From NCBI RefSeq assembly GCF_964355755.1, contig NC_092680.1, forward strand, positions 3,348,001-3,412,000: a DNA stretch of 64,000 nt. Direction: 5' to 3'. The position numbers and the translations under genes are program-made. Below the pieces are notes generated by a model that saw only the letters and a program-made list of their open reading frames with translations, did not search any database and had not been told where the DNA came from. This DNA is from Antedon mediterranea (Eukaryota > Animalia > Echinodermata). Positions 11,554 through 23,098 of this stretch are shown one piece after another (the stretch's first letter is position 1; the number at the start of each line of letters is the position of its first letter).

Positions 11554-12156
11554 TGTGCTGTATTTCATGTTCAGTTGGTTTAGTATGAGTTAATAAGTTT
11601 TCTGGTACAAACCTAAAAAGGAAGAAACGTAAATATGAGAACGTCTTGATATTTTAGTTGCTATACAGTACAACACCCGAAACATGGAGACATTGTCATT
11701 TTTGCTTCAGGAATTACACGGTGCACCGCTAGCCTTAATTTACTAGTGTTTCTTTGCCATACAAATCTTAAGCCTATATACACTAACAAACTATTGATTG
11801 GACAGCCTCTAGTAAACGCAGCCTTTTCCAAACAGTAGCAAGCTTGGGAGTTTGCAAACAAACAGTTGCTAGTGTAGATAGGCTTTAAACACAACTTACC
11901 AAACTAATGACCTTTTTGTGAATGCAACATTTCATATATTCATCAATGTCGTATAATGTCCCTTCTTTACTGTCTACTACTAATACATACTCTTACTCAT
12001 ACCTCATACTCAATACTCTTTTTTGTTGTTGTTATCTGTATGAATTCTTAGATTAAACTTCTTTATTCGATATGAATATAGTAGTCATCGTATTTTGAAA
12101 TAAAAAGATGCATGCATAATGAATTGTGTGATAAAATTATTTTTCTAATTTTTTAG

Positions 12157-12257
12157 GAGGTGATTATGATACTGAAGAGTGCAACCAGAGATTTTGAAGC
12201 TCTTATCAAGCGGATTAATGTACAAACAGCCTTTGAGAACGCAGATAAAGATAATAA
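12157..12257 (+). CDS. SCAPER: SCAPER exon 4
   Basis: ttttag| EVIMILKSATRDFEALIKRINVQTAFENADKDN |gtagga; like human EVLMMLDNYVRDFKALI; phase 0 to 2. Confidence 0.93.
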
Positions 12258-12446
12258 GTAGGATTATGCAGTAACAATAATCTGTACTAATCCTAATTAA
12301 TCTTTATGTTCAATTTCATACTAATTCTCATCACCATAACTCAATTCAAACTTTTTCCAATTAAAAAAATTTAATATACACTATTCATTGACATGCAGTC
12401 ATTTTTGTTTGATTTAATAACTTAAAGTTTTACAGCCGATACTAGG

Positions 12447-12642
12447 TACTGTATCTGTTTCCAAAGTATCATAGGAATATTTGGTGATACATCATCACAT
12501 GTGTTTCACATGTATCTAGTAGTAAACCTAACCCTTAACCTGACCTTACATGATACAGGCACCACATTTGATATAAATGAGATGCTGTATTACCAAATAT
12601 TCCTACGATACTCTGAAATAGATAGTATGTAGAGATACAGCA
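12447..12642. mobile_element. Foldback/palindromic MITE
   Basis: agtatcataggaatatttggtgataca (about 12464) is inverted relative to tgtattaccaaatattcctacgatact (about 12586); the centre contains aacctaacccttaacc. Confidence 0.7.
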
Positions 12643-13625
12643 CTGGGAATCTGGTGCAATGTACACTAATCAAGCTTTTTTTAAGCTGTTAAAAAAATAG
12701 AGGAACTTACAAGATGCATGTTGGGAAATAAAGTGAATGTATATATTCTACAAAAACACAATATTCACAACAAAATAATAATTGAGAAAGTTCTTTGATA
12801 GTTACACTACTAATGTCTGGTTTCATTATCAAATTAAATCAAGCACCAATTTATGTAGAACATTTGCATCCAGGGGTATAAAAGTAGGTTATACATTTCT
12901 GTTATTTAGATTAGAGTTGACTATGAAATGACTTGTGTAGAACAATTAAGTTAAACATGGGATGCGAAATATTTTGATATTATCACAAAATAATTTAAAT
13001 TGCATGAACGAAACAATTTCATACAATTTTAATGAATGGAAAACATTTATATTTACAATACAATATTCATGTTTTATACAACATTTAAGTAGATCTTTGT
13101 AATTAGATGAAACCAATTTCAACCCATACCATAATGACAATACCTTTTTAGCTTAGACATACCAAACCACTTCAGTACACTCTTGCTTTCTCCATGGTTT
13201 AACCACTCTTAATACTGTGTAGTACTTTCACAGCAAGCACTGCACTGCTTTTAAAACAATATAGGTTATAAAGTACTATTAGTTATAAATCTGGGATCCA
13301 ATATCATCCAATCAAATTACAAGAATTTATTTATGTGTTGTATAAACTATTTTAATCATGCATGTTAAACATCCATAGCTTGGTTATAGTTCTGTATCCA
13401 TATCATAGAAATGTAAATACTTCTAAATCTTTGACAGTAATCTTTCTTTGTTGGAAAAAAAATGACGACATTATTTAAATACCGTAGTCTTATAATCAAT
13501 GTACAGGCAATATACTTTATAAAAACCTGTATAAGGTTCTTATGGTAATGTTTTCATATGGTAACGGTATGTTTTTCTTCCATATATCTCCTGTGTCTCT
13601 CTATACTATTGTACCAAAACCTTAG

Positions 13626-13730
13626 GCCTACATCTTTGGTGTGGGAGGTGCGCAAGATGTCATCTTCTCCTGCAAAGCATCGCACACCAAGCTGGCCTGG
13701 TGATGCTCGCACTACTCCTCGTAGACAGCG
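13626..13730 (+). CDS. SCAPER: SCAPER exon 5 (duplicated exon copy A; symmetric 105 nt)
   Basis: cttag| (K)PTSLVWEVRKMSSSPAKHRTPSWPGDARTTPRRQ(R) |gtttgt; phase 2-2; paralogous to exon 6. Confidence 0.8.
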
Positions 13731-13840
13731 GTTTGTATTTATTTATTACCAAGCAGATAGATTTGTCCACCTTAATTATTGCATTGCTAGCGATTCCTTA
13801 TGGCTGCCTCATTTGTATGTTCTTGTATGTAAAAATATTA

Positions 13841-13924
13841 AGCTCTGTCTGCACTATCAAACTTTATGCGAACAAAATTTGGGCACATCACACTTTTTTT
13901 GTCAAACTAGTTTGATAGTGTAGA
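13841..13924. mobile_element. Harbinger-like MITE family A, short copy
   Basis: TTA-agctctgtctgcactatcaaact...actagtttgatagtgtaga. Confidence 0.8.
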
Positions 13925-14543
13925 TTTAGTTTGTAGAAATACCAACGGAATCCTTCACTTCACTCTAAATGAAAAATGTTATTAAATATAGGCCCTAATT
14001 ATTTGTTAGTATATTCGCCAGAAATAAACCTTTAATATGTACTTTTTATTCCATATTTGGTCATTCCATTTTTTATAATTATTATTTAGTTGATTAAATC
14101 TGTAAAAATTATATTTTATATTTCAGGACAAAAGATATTAAAATACATATTAATAGTTAGTTTATAGTTAACTTTCAAACTTTTTTTTTTCAATTGTTTT
14201 TAGTTTATATTAAACCTTTATAATACAGTTTTTGTTGATGTTACTTATTGTTTGTTTAATTTAACTATGATTTGCTGTTAAAGACTAACCTTTTATAATG
14301 TCATTACAAATAAAAATATCACATATTAAAATGTTAAGCATACATGCACAGATTGAATAATATCATATATTTAAATGTTTGATTCTTTGCTTAGCTAGCG
14401 TTAGGTGTGTACATTATTTTTTCTAAATAATTAAGTCAATTAAATTCCATTTTTTTAAATTTCAAATTTTGACTGCTTATTCATTGATGGATTTATAGAT
14501 CCTTTTATTATTGTGTTTCATAATGTGTACTATTCTGTTTTAG

Positions 14544-14687
14544 GCCTACATCACTTGCATGGGAGGTACGTAAAACATCACCTGGTAAGGCTCTTGGAAC
14601 TAGTCCTACCCCTGATGGCTTCCGCACTGGTAGCACTCCTAGCCCAGTCAGCAGGACGCTCAGTTTCAATAACCAAGAAAAAAGAAG
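14544..14687 (+). CDS. SCAPER: SCAPER exon 6 (duplicated exon copy B, carries RxL motif RTLSF; symmetric 144 nt)
   Basis: ttttag| PTSLAWEVRKTSPGKALGTSPTPDGFRTGSTPSPVSRTLSFNNQEKR |gtaaga; phase 2-2; like human RPTSLAWEVKKMSPG...RRSLNF. Confidence 0.92.
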
Positions 14688-14816
14688 GTAAGATTTTGGT
14701 TTCAACAGCTTCATTACCAAGGTCAGGTCAGGTCAAGGTTGTTTTAAAATCCAGTAATGATAAACTTAATACAATATACCTAAAGGCCCCATGTTATTTT
14801 TATTTCTTTCCTTTAG

Positions 14817-14986
14817 GAGCCCAGTACCGTTTGTTGAATCTGGCACAAGTTGGGCTGATAGAGTCAAAGGTCGCACACCTAAACCTGTAGCCAAAGCAGC
14901 GCTACAACCTAAAACAGAAGAACAGACTCCAGTAAACAACAAGCCAAAAGGTACACAAAATGCTGTCCTAGAAGAAATCAATGAAG
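14817..14986 (+). CDS. SCAPER: SCAPER exon 7
   Basis: ctttag| SPVPFVESGTSWADRVKG...EEINE |gtgaat; conserved SWADxVK. Confidence 0.92.
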
Positions 14987-15059
14987 GTGAATATTTAAAC
15001 ATGTATAGTAGCATGTTCAATGTAAAACTTTATGATTGTAAGCCAATTATGAATCATCC

Positions 15060-15322
15060 CGCAGAGGCCTACGATCATTGTCAAAAAACCTTCTTCAAGA
15101 GCGTAGAGCCAAAAATCTGTCGGGTCAGAGGTTTTTTTTTTTACGTTGCATCCCCAAGTGTAAGGAACAGTTTACCAGCAATGCTCCACTAGTCTGAACA
15201 ATTTCAAGACCAACCTAAAGACGTCACTATTCGCTGATGTACTCGCATGTTGCTAATGCACAAAGCGCTCTACATGGGTGGGGGACACCGGCGCTATACA
15301 AGTTTTCATTTATTATTATTAA
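15060..15322 (+). mobile_element. L2/CR1-group LINE 3' end fragment
   Basis: Decayed C-terminal motifs (RGFF..ASPSVRNSLP, FKTNLKTSLF) and an L2-type tail gcgctatacaagttttcatttattattatt. Confidence 0.6.
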
Positions 15323-15480
15323 TAAAATCAATGGGTTAAATGTATTTATTTCGTTTATTTTGTTTAGGCTAACTAGTATGGCATTTATCATAACTCTGTA
15401 ATTTTATAACTGTTTGCCTTTTTGTTATTTTTGATATTGTTTTCCCAAACAACAATTCAGTTCACAAAACTTCTTTTTAG

Positions 15481-15768
15481 ATGATACAGAAGGCTGGGAG
15501 ACTGTACAACGCGGAAAACAGGGTAAACAGAACAAATCTCGTAATTCATCCTGTTCCAGTTCCCCTGCCAACCATGGTAAACAAACACAAGGCAACGGAA
15601 CTCCGAAAACAGTCCAAGAAAAAATACAGATCACTGAGGAAGAAAAAAAGAATGTTGAAATTAAGGAGAGTCGTACTGACAGTGAGAAGGAGAATCATCC
15701 AGTAGAGTCTTCTAACATCCAGAAGAAGGATGTTGACATCAAAGAGCAAGACCCTGCCATTGTTGAAG
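15481..15768 (+). CDS. SCAPER: SCAPER exon 8
   Basis: tttttag| DDTEGWETVQRGKQGK...DPAIVE |gtaagc; conserved EGWETVQRG. Confidence 0.92.
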
Positions 15769-16146
15769 GTAAGCAAAAAGTAGTTATTTCTTCTTCACAC
15801 ATCAAAAGTGGTCTTTTCACATCTGCAAAAGTTAACAACTTGTATAAAGTTGTATAACCAATTTTACATGAGTTTTTACTGCGCACAATTGCCCTGGTAT
15901 TAAACTGACCAATCATAGTAATCAAATAGCATGCAACTACACTTTCCTTCCGATGTTTCTCAGGGTTCATGTTTCAAACCAAGTTATGCAAAAGGGTATT
16001 AAGTTAACAACAATTGAACGAATATTAGAGGTTTATGTATTGCAACATTTAGATCTTGTTTATCTTTAATTAAGTGTAGTATTTGACTACATACTTTGTT
16101 TTTTCCTAAATCAAATTTTAAATATCTAAATGTGTTTTGTATTTAG

Positions 16147-16226
16147 TCAGTGGATCTACAGTTAAACCAGAAGTTAAAATAGAAATTGAGGAGAATGAGA
16201 CTGAAGCTGAAGCAAATTTAACTGAG
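16147..16226 (+). CDS. SCAPER: SCAPER exon 9
   Basis: atttag| VSGSTVKPEVKIEIEENETEAEANLTE |gtattt; phase 1 to 0 restores the frame between exons 8 and 10. Confidence 0.85.
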
Positions 16227-16446
16227 GTATTTATTATATTTTTTACTGTCGGGATATCAACATGAGCAGAATTGTTTGAACTAAAACGAGGAGGTTGGGT
16301 GTTTGTGTTCTTGTTATTTAATTATTCATCCTTCGTTTTATCTCTTTGTCTATCAAACAGTCTATTTCATCTTCTATCTGTCTACTGTATCTATGGTATG
16401 TTCTGTTCTATCACCTTACTCATTTTATCTTTATATTATTTCATCT

Positions 16447-16685
16447 GAGTTGGATAGCCGAGTGGTTAGGACACTTGACTGTCGTACAGATAGACCCGGG
16501 TTCAATGCCTGACAACTCCCAGTTCACTCAGCTGTAAAATGAGTACCTGGTTGAAAATACTAGGGAGAAAAAAGGCGGCGTGGAAAGGAACTGGCCACCC
16601 TACCACATAATGCCGAGGCTTAGTACAATGAGCTCCTAACAGCTCATTCCCCTACGTTCAGAGAACACGGGACTCACCTCCTCCT
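16447..16685 (+). mobile_element. tRNA-derived SINE (Meta-domain-like body)
   Basis: A box tagccgagtgg, B box gggttcaatgcc, body cagctgtaaaatgagtacctgg...aaggcggcgtggaaaggaactggccaccctacc. Confidence 0.7.
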
Positions 16686-16815
16686 CATTATTTCATCTAT
16701 CCTTTTGTCAATCCATTCATTTTTCCTATCCATGTATTCATCTATCCATTTGAAGGAGTTAAAATCATACCTTAAGAAACCCATTGACTTTTGTTTAATA
16801 TTTCATATTATCCTA

Positions 16816-16968
16816 AGCTTTGTCTACTCTATCAAACTAGTTTGACAAAAAAAAATGTGCCCAAATACGGTAGTGATATGCTTAAATATGGTAGTGATAT
16901 GACATCAGCATGTATATGGTCACGTCACATTTTGTTGTCACATAAAGTTTGATAGTGTAGACAGAGCT
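16816..16968. mobile_element. Harbinger-like MITE family A, full copy
   Basis: TIRs agctttgtctactctatcaaact / agtttgatagtgtagacagagct, followed by TTA. Confidence 0.85.
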
Positions 16969-17004
16969 TTAGTTTCACTGACTCACTCTCTATAATTCCT
17001 GTAG

Positions 17005-17181
17005 GCTGTGATGGCTGCATTGAATGAGGAAGAAACACTGACAAGTGAACTGGAGAAGTACCAAGAGGAGGCCTTGGCGTCGGCTATAGCTGAAGAAGCC
17101 AATCTGACAAAGGAACTTGAAGAAGAAGAGAATAAAGAGTTAGAAACTGTAGAAACAGATGAGGGAGATAGTGATCTTGGG
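17005..17181 (+). CDS. SCAPER: SCAPER exon 10
   Basis: ctgtag| AVMAALNEEETLTSELEKYQEEALASAIAEEANLTKELEEEE...DSDLG |gtaagg. Confidence 0.93.
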
Positions 17182-17324
17182 GTAAGGCCTTTACACAATT
17201 TTATTTTAATTCAATATTTCACTCCTAGGCTCCTCACAAGGCACAGCCTTAGTCTTGAGGAGCCTCTGCAACAAAACAAATGTGAGCTTTGCAACAGAAA
17301 GTGGAAATATATAACAACAAAAAT

Positions 17325-17505
17325 CTATGCACTTTAAAAAACCTAGTACATCTTTCGAGACGACTAGGGGGGTTACCCCGGGGTGCTAGTATACCATACA
17401 CACAGCCACTGTCACACACAGACACTTATCATAACTCATCAAGAAGGTCCCTTGATTGTTAGCATACACTGTTCAGGGGCACCCTCTATAAATAAGGTGA
17501 AATAA
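17325..17505 (+). mobile_element. Deu/Nin-domain-like SINE 3' fragment
   Basis: gcactttaaaaaacctagtacatctttcgagacgactaggggggttaccccgg; reverse-complement match to 28500-28650. Confidence 0.65.
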
Positions 17506-17598
17506 AAAAAATTATATAATCAATATCCTCAATTACCTTCGTGAATATAATGTTTGTTTGAAAATCATTACGAAATGAACGTTAACTTTTTTAAACAG

Positions 17599-17792
17599 AA
17601 CACCATAAGCTCTCTTGAGTCCTCTCAGCGTACAATGGACTGGAATGATCTGTGTGCTGAATTTGAAGAAAAGAGAAATCAGCAGGGCATGTCATGGGGC
17701 GATATGGTTGACCTGGATGACAACTTGGAGGCTAGGCCTCCTGGACATGCTCTACTCATGCATGAAAAGCTTTCATCACCCTCTAGGAAAAA
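17599..17792 (+). CDS. SCAPER: SCAPER exon 11
   Basis: aaacag| NTISSLESSQRTMDWNDL...SWGDMV...RPPGHALLMHEKLSSPSRK |gtaagt. Confidence 0.95.
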
Positions 17793-17954
17793 GTAAGTTA
17801 TCTCTTCAGTCAATTTTACAATTGCACATGTGAAAACTAGAATAATCGTTTAAACAGGGAGTTGGTTTAAACATTAAATTATGTTTAAGCATGCGATTCA
17901 AATTGCTAGACTTAAGGTTGATAAATGTAATTTGAATTGTTATTTATACATCTG

Positions 17955-18080
17955 TTTGGAGAGAGGCAAACGTAAGTAAAGTATCTTGTTTAAGGATACA
18001 AGCAATGCGGTGAGAGTTGGATTTGAACCTTGATCTCACGATCAGTAGTCGAACATCCAACACACTGCGCCACACGCCCT
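17955..18080 (-). mobile_element. CORE-like tRNA SINE fragment
   Basis: Minus strand: agggcgtgtggcgcagtg (A box), ggttcaaatcc (B box), tgtatccttaaacaagatactttac (CORE-like). Confidence 0.6.
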
Positions 18081-18163
18081 TACACGTTGGAATCATCAAA
18101 GCTGTTTCAGATCTCAATATATCCTTGTGAGTAACAAATTATATAACGGAAAAATTTTTTCAG

Positions 18164-18275
18164 GACACGTGCTGAAAGTAAGAAGATTCATGAGGAGAGA
18201 CAAGCACAAGCAAAAAAGAAACGAGAGATTATGCTGGAAGAAAAAGGACAGAAACTACGTGGTCTACATGAGAGA
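18164..18275 (+). CDS. SCAPER: SCAPER exon 12
   Basis: tttcag| TRAESKKIHEERQAQAKKKREIMLEEKGQKLRGLHER |gtgtgt; phase 2 to 0. Confidence 0.9.
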
Positions 18276-18320
18276 GTGTGTATACTTTATATTACATAGA
18301 TTCCCATTGCTTATCAAATA

Positions 18321-18760
18321 TACCGTATTTATTCAAAAAAATAGCTGGTTTGGTTAAAAGCCTCCCTCAAATAAACGACCGACCCACCCACCCCTGTAGA
18401 ATTCCATTTGGAATAAATGCCTCCCTTCAATTCAAATAAACATCCCGGGGCCTTTAATTTTTTACTCAAATAACTGACACATGCATATACACACAATATT
18501 GAATTACTTTTATTTGTGTAGGAGAATTCATAGACTTTCAATTATCTACAATTGATCAAGCATTTTGATAAAAATTTTACTGCATCTTTTTGATATTAAT
18601 TTTGTTCTGTTTTTTTATATTTAGGAAGAATTTATTTAATTATACAAAACGCAAAAAAAAACCGCCTCCCCGATTAAATACCTCCCTCAAAATAAACACC
18701 CCTCTAAAAACCCCCCTGAACAATAAACACCCCGTGGCGTTTATTCAAATGAATACGGTA
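18321..18760. mobile_element. Tc1/mariner-like MITE
   Basis: TA-flanked inverted ends taccgtatttattc / atgaatacggta, with internal repeated cctccctcaaataaac motifs. Confidence 0.7.
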
Positions 18761-18958
18761 CTTGATTTTCCCAACAACACAAAATCCACAACTGAGTGCA
18801 ACCCTACTCAATCAAGTATATCTGGTTAGCTTGGATCCCACTAGGACGCAGTGCAAGGATTTGACCAATGACACGTAATAGTTCAAATAATCACTCACTT
18901 GCCATGGTCAAATTGCTTACGTCCATGCTTTAGACTAAGCTTTAGAGCACCTTTTTAG

Positions 18959-19099
18959 ATTGCTGAGGTTCAAGCATGGAAAGAAGTTTTGATTCAACAA
19001 CGCAAGAAAGAAATGGATGAAAAATTGAAACGAGCGGAAGAAAAACGCCAAGTTCAGCTCCAAGCCATTGTAAAGAAAGCTAGAACCGAGGACATTAAG
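18959..19099 (+). CDS. SCAPER: SCAPER exon 13 (coiled coil)
   Basis: ttttag| IAEVQAWKEVLIQQRKKEMDEKLKRAEEKRQVQLQAIVKKARTEDIK |gtaaca. Confidence 0.94.
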
Positions 19100-19498
19100 G
19101 TAACAACATTTTAAAGGCAAATTTAAACATCTCTCTGAAAAGCAGTATTTTCTTTAAAAAATTGCTAAATAATTTCTATAAATAATGTTTATGCAAAAAT
19201 GGAAAATAAACTATTGCTTCTTTACAGAACTAAATATATGTGTGTACCGCAAACTTATATCAACATTTGATATCGCCATGTAAACCTTCAAACAATATAA
19301 GACTATTTAGGCAACTGAAATGTTGGTCCAGTTTGAGGGTGACTGGTTGTGGGAATAGTTAACAAACTAAAAATATACATAATTATAAACAATTAAGACC
19401 TGTATTTTTCATTAAAATAAACATAAATATTTGAGCTTGGGAAAAAGATATTATTATTTTCTTTTTATTTGTTACATCCTTTTCTGTTTATTCTTTAG

Positions 19499-19797
19499 GC
19501 AAATGAAATTGCATTTATAAATTCATTGGAAGCTCAAAACAAGAAGATTGACATACTTTCCAGACACCAAGGTATCGAGGCCCGTCTGCAAGACCTCATT
19601 GAAGAACGACAACGAAAGTCTGAAGAGAAGCAGGCTAAAGAGGAGGCAGCGCACGAGAGGAGAAGACAACTAGAGGAAGAGCGACAGGCTAGGCTGGAAG
19701 CAATGCAGAAACAGAGAAAGTTACAAGAGGAGAAGATATACCAGATAAGAGATGCTAGAGATAGGGCTAGAGAAGCCGCTGCTAAAGAAAAAGCTAG
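19499..19797 (+). CDS. SCAPER: SCAPER exon 14 (coiled coil)
   Basis: ctttag| ANEIAFINSLEAQNKKIDILSRH...AREAAAKEKA(R) |gtatgt. Confidence 0.95.
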
Positions 19798-20268
19798 GTA
19801 TGTTTTTATTTATTCACATTTATTGACCCAGTTACAAATGTTTTTATATATTTGACAAGCAAGATAATTTTTGAGTGCTTGACGAAATAAAATAATTGAA
19901 TTGAATTCAATAGGTACCAAAAGAAACGGGTGCTTGTCAGTTTGGATACATTTTACATTTACAAATTTACATAAAATATACACACACATATTCCATAAAT
20001 GGTGGAGATCCTGAGATGATCTGATACCGGTGTTTTTTTTTTGTGTCTGCCTTTTTTATTAAAACTTATTTATGCAATTGATTTTTTAACTATGGATATG
20101 TCCGTTTCCAAAATAAAAGTAAAAAAAAATGAAATGAATAACATAGTAAGATGATATAAGAAATAACTAGTGGGATAGTCCCCCGCCCCTTCCTGGGGAA
20201 AGGGGCAGGAGTGAAGGAATTTGCCTTGATGACAGTTTTAGTAATTTGAGTAAATCCACTTTTTTTAG

Positions 20269-20350
20269 GGATAGAGTACAGAGATTATCAGCGCTCACTG
20301 CAGCTCAGTTAGCCAAGGAAGAAGAAATACAAAAGAAAATACAACAAAAG
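20269..20350 (+). CDS. SCAPER: SCAPER exon 15
   Basis: ttttag| DRVQRLSALTAAQLAKEEEIQKKIQQK |gtttag. Confidence 0.93.
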
Positions 20351-20615
20351 GTTTAGTTTAATCATTTATTACACAACAAATTAATTATGATTAATGTGTG
20401 TTATTTATTTAGTGTATATTTAATTTGTCTGTGCACTGTAAAGAAAATGCAAGCCATTAAATGCAAGCCATTAAATGCATTCTATGTTAATGGACATGGA
20501 CCTCAAGAAAGTTAATAACTGGCCACACTTTGTTAGTTATTATTTATGCTATCATTCTCATACACTGAAAAAGCAATAGACCTACTGCATTCACTGTAAT
20601 ATATTGTTCCAACAG

Positions 20616-20771
20616 CAAGATGAAAGTTCCCGTCGTCACACTGAACATCTTGAGCAGAAGCGAGAAAAAGCAGTCGAACTGAGCATGCTCAGACATTACA
20701 GAACAACCGATTTGGCACCGCAACAAAAGCCATATGAAAAGAAAAAAATCTGTACTCTTTGCAATATGCCT
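20616..20771 (+). CDS. SCAPER: SCAPER exon 16 (first half of C2H2 zinc finger)
   Basis: caacag| QDESSRRHTEHLEQKREKAVELS...PYEKKKICTLCNMP |gtaagt. Confidence 0.95.
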
Positions 20772-21025
20772 GTAAGTAAACTATCTTTTTATTTTATTTA
20801 GAATATGTTTAGCTTAAAATAATAGAATGAAGAAAAGTATGTTAAAAATAATTATTACATGCAACCTCCTGTTCCCCACTTCGCTTCCAAGACAATTGGA
20901 AAGCAATTTTTTGACAAACCAAGTCATTGACAGCTGGAATGTTCTAAATCCTAAATATTGAAGACCCTTTCCCAGGATCCTTCGTGATATGATTCAATTA
21001 ACAATTATTGTTATTTTTTTAATAG

Positions 21026-21127
21026 ATTCCCTCAGAGGTGTACCTGTTGAGTCACTTAAAGGGAAGAAAGCATGCTTTGGCATTCAATGAAAAACATGCA
21101 GATCTGCAGTTATCGGAAGAAGACCGG
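21026..21127 (+). CDS. SCAPER: SCAPER exon 17 (second half of matrin/U1-type C2H2 finger)
   Basis: taatag| IPSEVYLLSHLKGRKHALAFNEKHADLQLSEEDR |gtaaac. Confidence 0.95.
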
Positions 21128-21278
21128 GTAAACTATTGTTTATTTAAATAATTAAACTAAATTTTAAAATGTTTTCTTCGAGTTACCAATAAACTTACCA
21201 AATAAATTTTATTTTTTTTTATTTCCATCAATATATAACAAAACAAGAATTGTTGTAAAGATGTTTTTTTTATTTTAG

Positions 21279-21478
21279 GAGAGCTATTCTCTAAAGTATA
21301 TCGTTCAAGCACCCACTGATGAGCCAGACGCTAAACAAATTGCAGAGAAAGAACGTCAAAAGGGATTAAGAAAGAGGTCTAGAAAGCTGAGGCAGCGAAT
21401 GAGTTTAAGGGGCAAGGAGTATGAAACTAACTTACCATGCAAGTCACAAGCAGGTGGCTCGTCTGAATGCCGTGCTAA
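21279..21478 (+). CDS. SCAPER: SCAPER exon 18
   Basis: ttttag| ESYSLKYIVQAP...ERQKGLRKRSRKLRQRMSLRGKEYE...SECRA(K) |gtgagt. Confidence 0.94.
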
Positions 21479-21486
21479 GTGAGTTA

Positions 21487-21599
21487 AGCTCTGTCTACAC
21501 TATTAAACTTTATGTGATGTGCCCATATATGGACATAATGATGTTATCTTACTACGATATTTTGGCACATCACACTAGTTTGATAGTGTAGACAGAGCT
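21487..21599. mobile_element. Harbinger-like MITE family A, full copy with TTA TSD, 8 bp inside intron 18
   Basis: TTA-agctctgtctacactattaaact...agtttgatagtgtagacagagct-TTA. Confidence 0.9.
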
Positions 21600-21659
21600 T
21601 TATGTTATAAAAAAAACCTAGGATGTAAATCGAAGGCGGGTAGGAATTCATGTAGATGG

Positions 21660-21760
21660 CTTATTGTCTTTCAAATGAGACGTTAAGCTGTTGTTGCATG
21701 TTAAAGAACGCAAGTACACTCTTTGAAAAAGCAGGGAATTGTCTTCCGGTGTTCACCACC
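21660..21760 (+). mobile_element. Deu-domain SINE fragment
   Basis: atgagacgttaa...gcatgttaaagaacgcaagtacactctttgaaaaagcagggaattgtcttccggtgttc resembles the remembered Deu-domain consensus. Confidence 0.55.
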
Positions 21761-21788
21761 AGAAGGACCCTACCTGAAACAAGTCTAC

Positions 21789-21943
21789 AGCTCTGTTTAC
21801 ACTATCAAACTTGTGACAAAACAAATGTGATGTGCCCATATATGGACATGATGATGTCATATCACTACCATATTTGGGCATACTGTATCACTACCATATT
21901 TATGTACATCACAATTTTTTTGTCAAACTAGTTTGATAGAGCT
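21789..21943. mobile_element. Harbinger-like MITE family A copy
   Basis: agctctgtttacactatcaaact...actagtttgatagagct-TAA. Confidence 0.85.
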
Positions 21944-22080
21944 TAAAGAATTTACAGTAGAAAGTTATCCTTGGTGTGCAACTTCAACACCAAAAAAAAA
22001 AATTGTTCTAACAAGCTTTCACTTAGAAAACTAAAAAAGCAACATTTTTATGTTATTACAATATTACGTCTTTTAAACAG

Positions 22081-22207
22081 ATTACAGAAACTGACCAAAG
22101 ACATTAACAAGTACCTAACATCAGAAGGCAATAAGAAATGGCCGCAGAACAAAATATCGGCACTTGATAGAGCATTAGGAGAAATAGGAAGAATTCTTGT
22201 TAAAAAG
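22081..22207 (+). CDS. SCAPER: SCAPER exon 19
   Basis: aaacag| LQKLTKDINKYLTSEGNKKWPQNKISALDRALGEIGRILVKK |gtaaca. Confidence 0.95.
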
Positions 22208-22287
22208 GTAACATCATCATATTAAGTTATTATATTTTAACATTTTTTTATATTCTTTTTAATCATTGTTATTTGGATATTTAATAA

Positions 22288-22447
22288 AGCTCGGTTTACA
22301 CTGTCAAACTAAATTGACAAAAAAGTGTGATTTGATCAAATATGGTAGTGGTATGCCCAAATATGGTAGTGATATGACATCATTATGTCCATATATGGAC
22401 ACATCACACTTTTTTTGTTAAACTAGTTTGATAGTGTAGACAGAGCT
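22288..22447. mobile_element. Harbinger-like MITE family A copy
   Basis: TAA-agctcggtttacactgtcaaact...agtttgatagtgtagacagagct-TTA. Confidence 0.85.
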
Positions 22448-22463
22448 TTAGATATTGTGATAA

Positions 22464-22708
22464 TTTTCTTCACACATAACATGAATGCACACGTGCCATA
22501 GAAGGTCAACCAACGAACACAAATTTCCACCATATGACCATACTTTTCTTCACACATAACATGAATGCACACGTGCCATAGAAGGTCAACCCACGAACAC
22601 AAATTTCCACCATATGACCATACTTTTCTTCACACATAACATGAATGCACACGTGCCATAGAAGGTCAACCCATGAACACCATTTCCACCATTTGACCAA
22701 ATGACCAT
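22464..22708 (+). repeat. 3-copy 80-bp tandem repeat
   Basis: cacacataacatgaatgcacacgtgccatagaaggtcaac at 22471, 22551 and 22631. Confidence 0.92.
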
Positions 22709-22985
22709 ATTACTGTATTTTGCAACTTCTTGCAAAAATCTTTAGCTTTACACTAAGTTACATGTTGGGATTATAAGGCCATGGCTTAAAAAGTGCCTAT
22801 CACTACTTTAAGCATTGTTTATATAATTTTCCATATTTGGCATCATTTTAAGATAACTTTCTGTCAATCATCACTCGTCATCTTATTGACACGATATTAA
22901 TAAACTATAATACTTTAATACTTAAAGCTGTGTGTAGGAGTGTGATTCAAAACTTATTTTATTTATAAACTTGTATTCCATGTAG

Positions 22986-23098
22986 GATCAACCAAACCAA
23001 ACCTTATTTCGATCAGTAGGGGGTATATCAACGCTCTCTCGTGTGCTCTTACTTATTTGTATGTCTGATGATGATAAACCAGCTGCTTTGCCTGCTAA
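22986..23098 (+). CDS. SCAPER: SCAPER exon 20
   Basis: atgtag| DQPNQTLFRSVGGISTLSRVLLLICMSDDDKPAALPA(K) |gtaagt. Confidence 0.92.

Noticed and set aside
11093-11593. ORFs with repeated LLNVRLVYCDE peptides
   Set aside because: Artefacts of translating the splice-donor minisatellite.
16147-16150. Alternative acceptor AG at 16149-16150 for exon 9
   Set aside because: It is 4 nt downstream and would frameshift; the 16146 acceptor keeps the frame.
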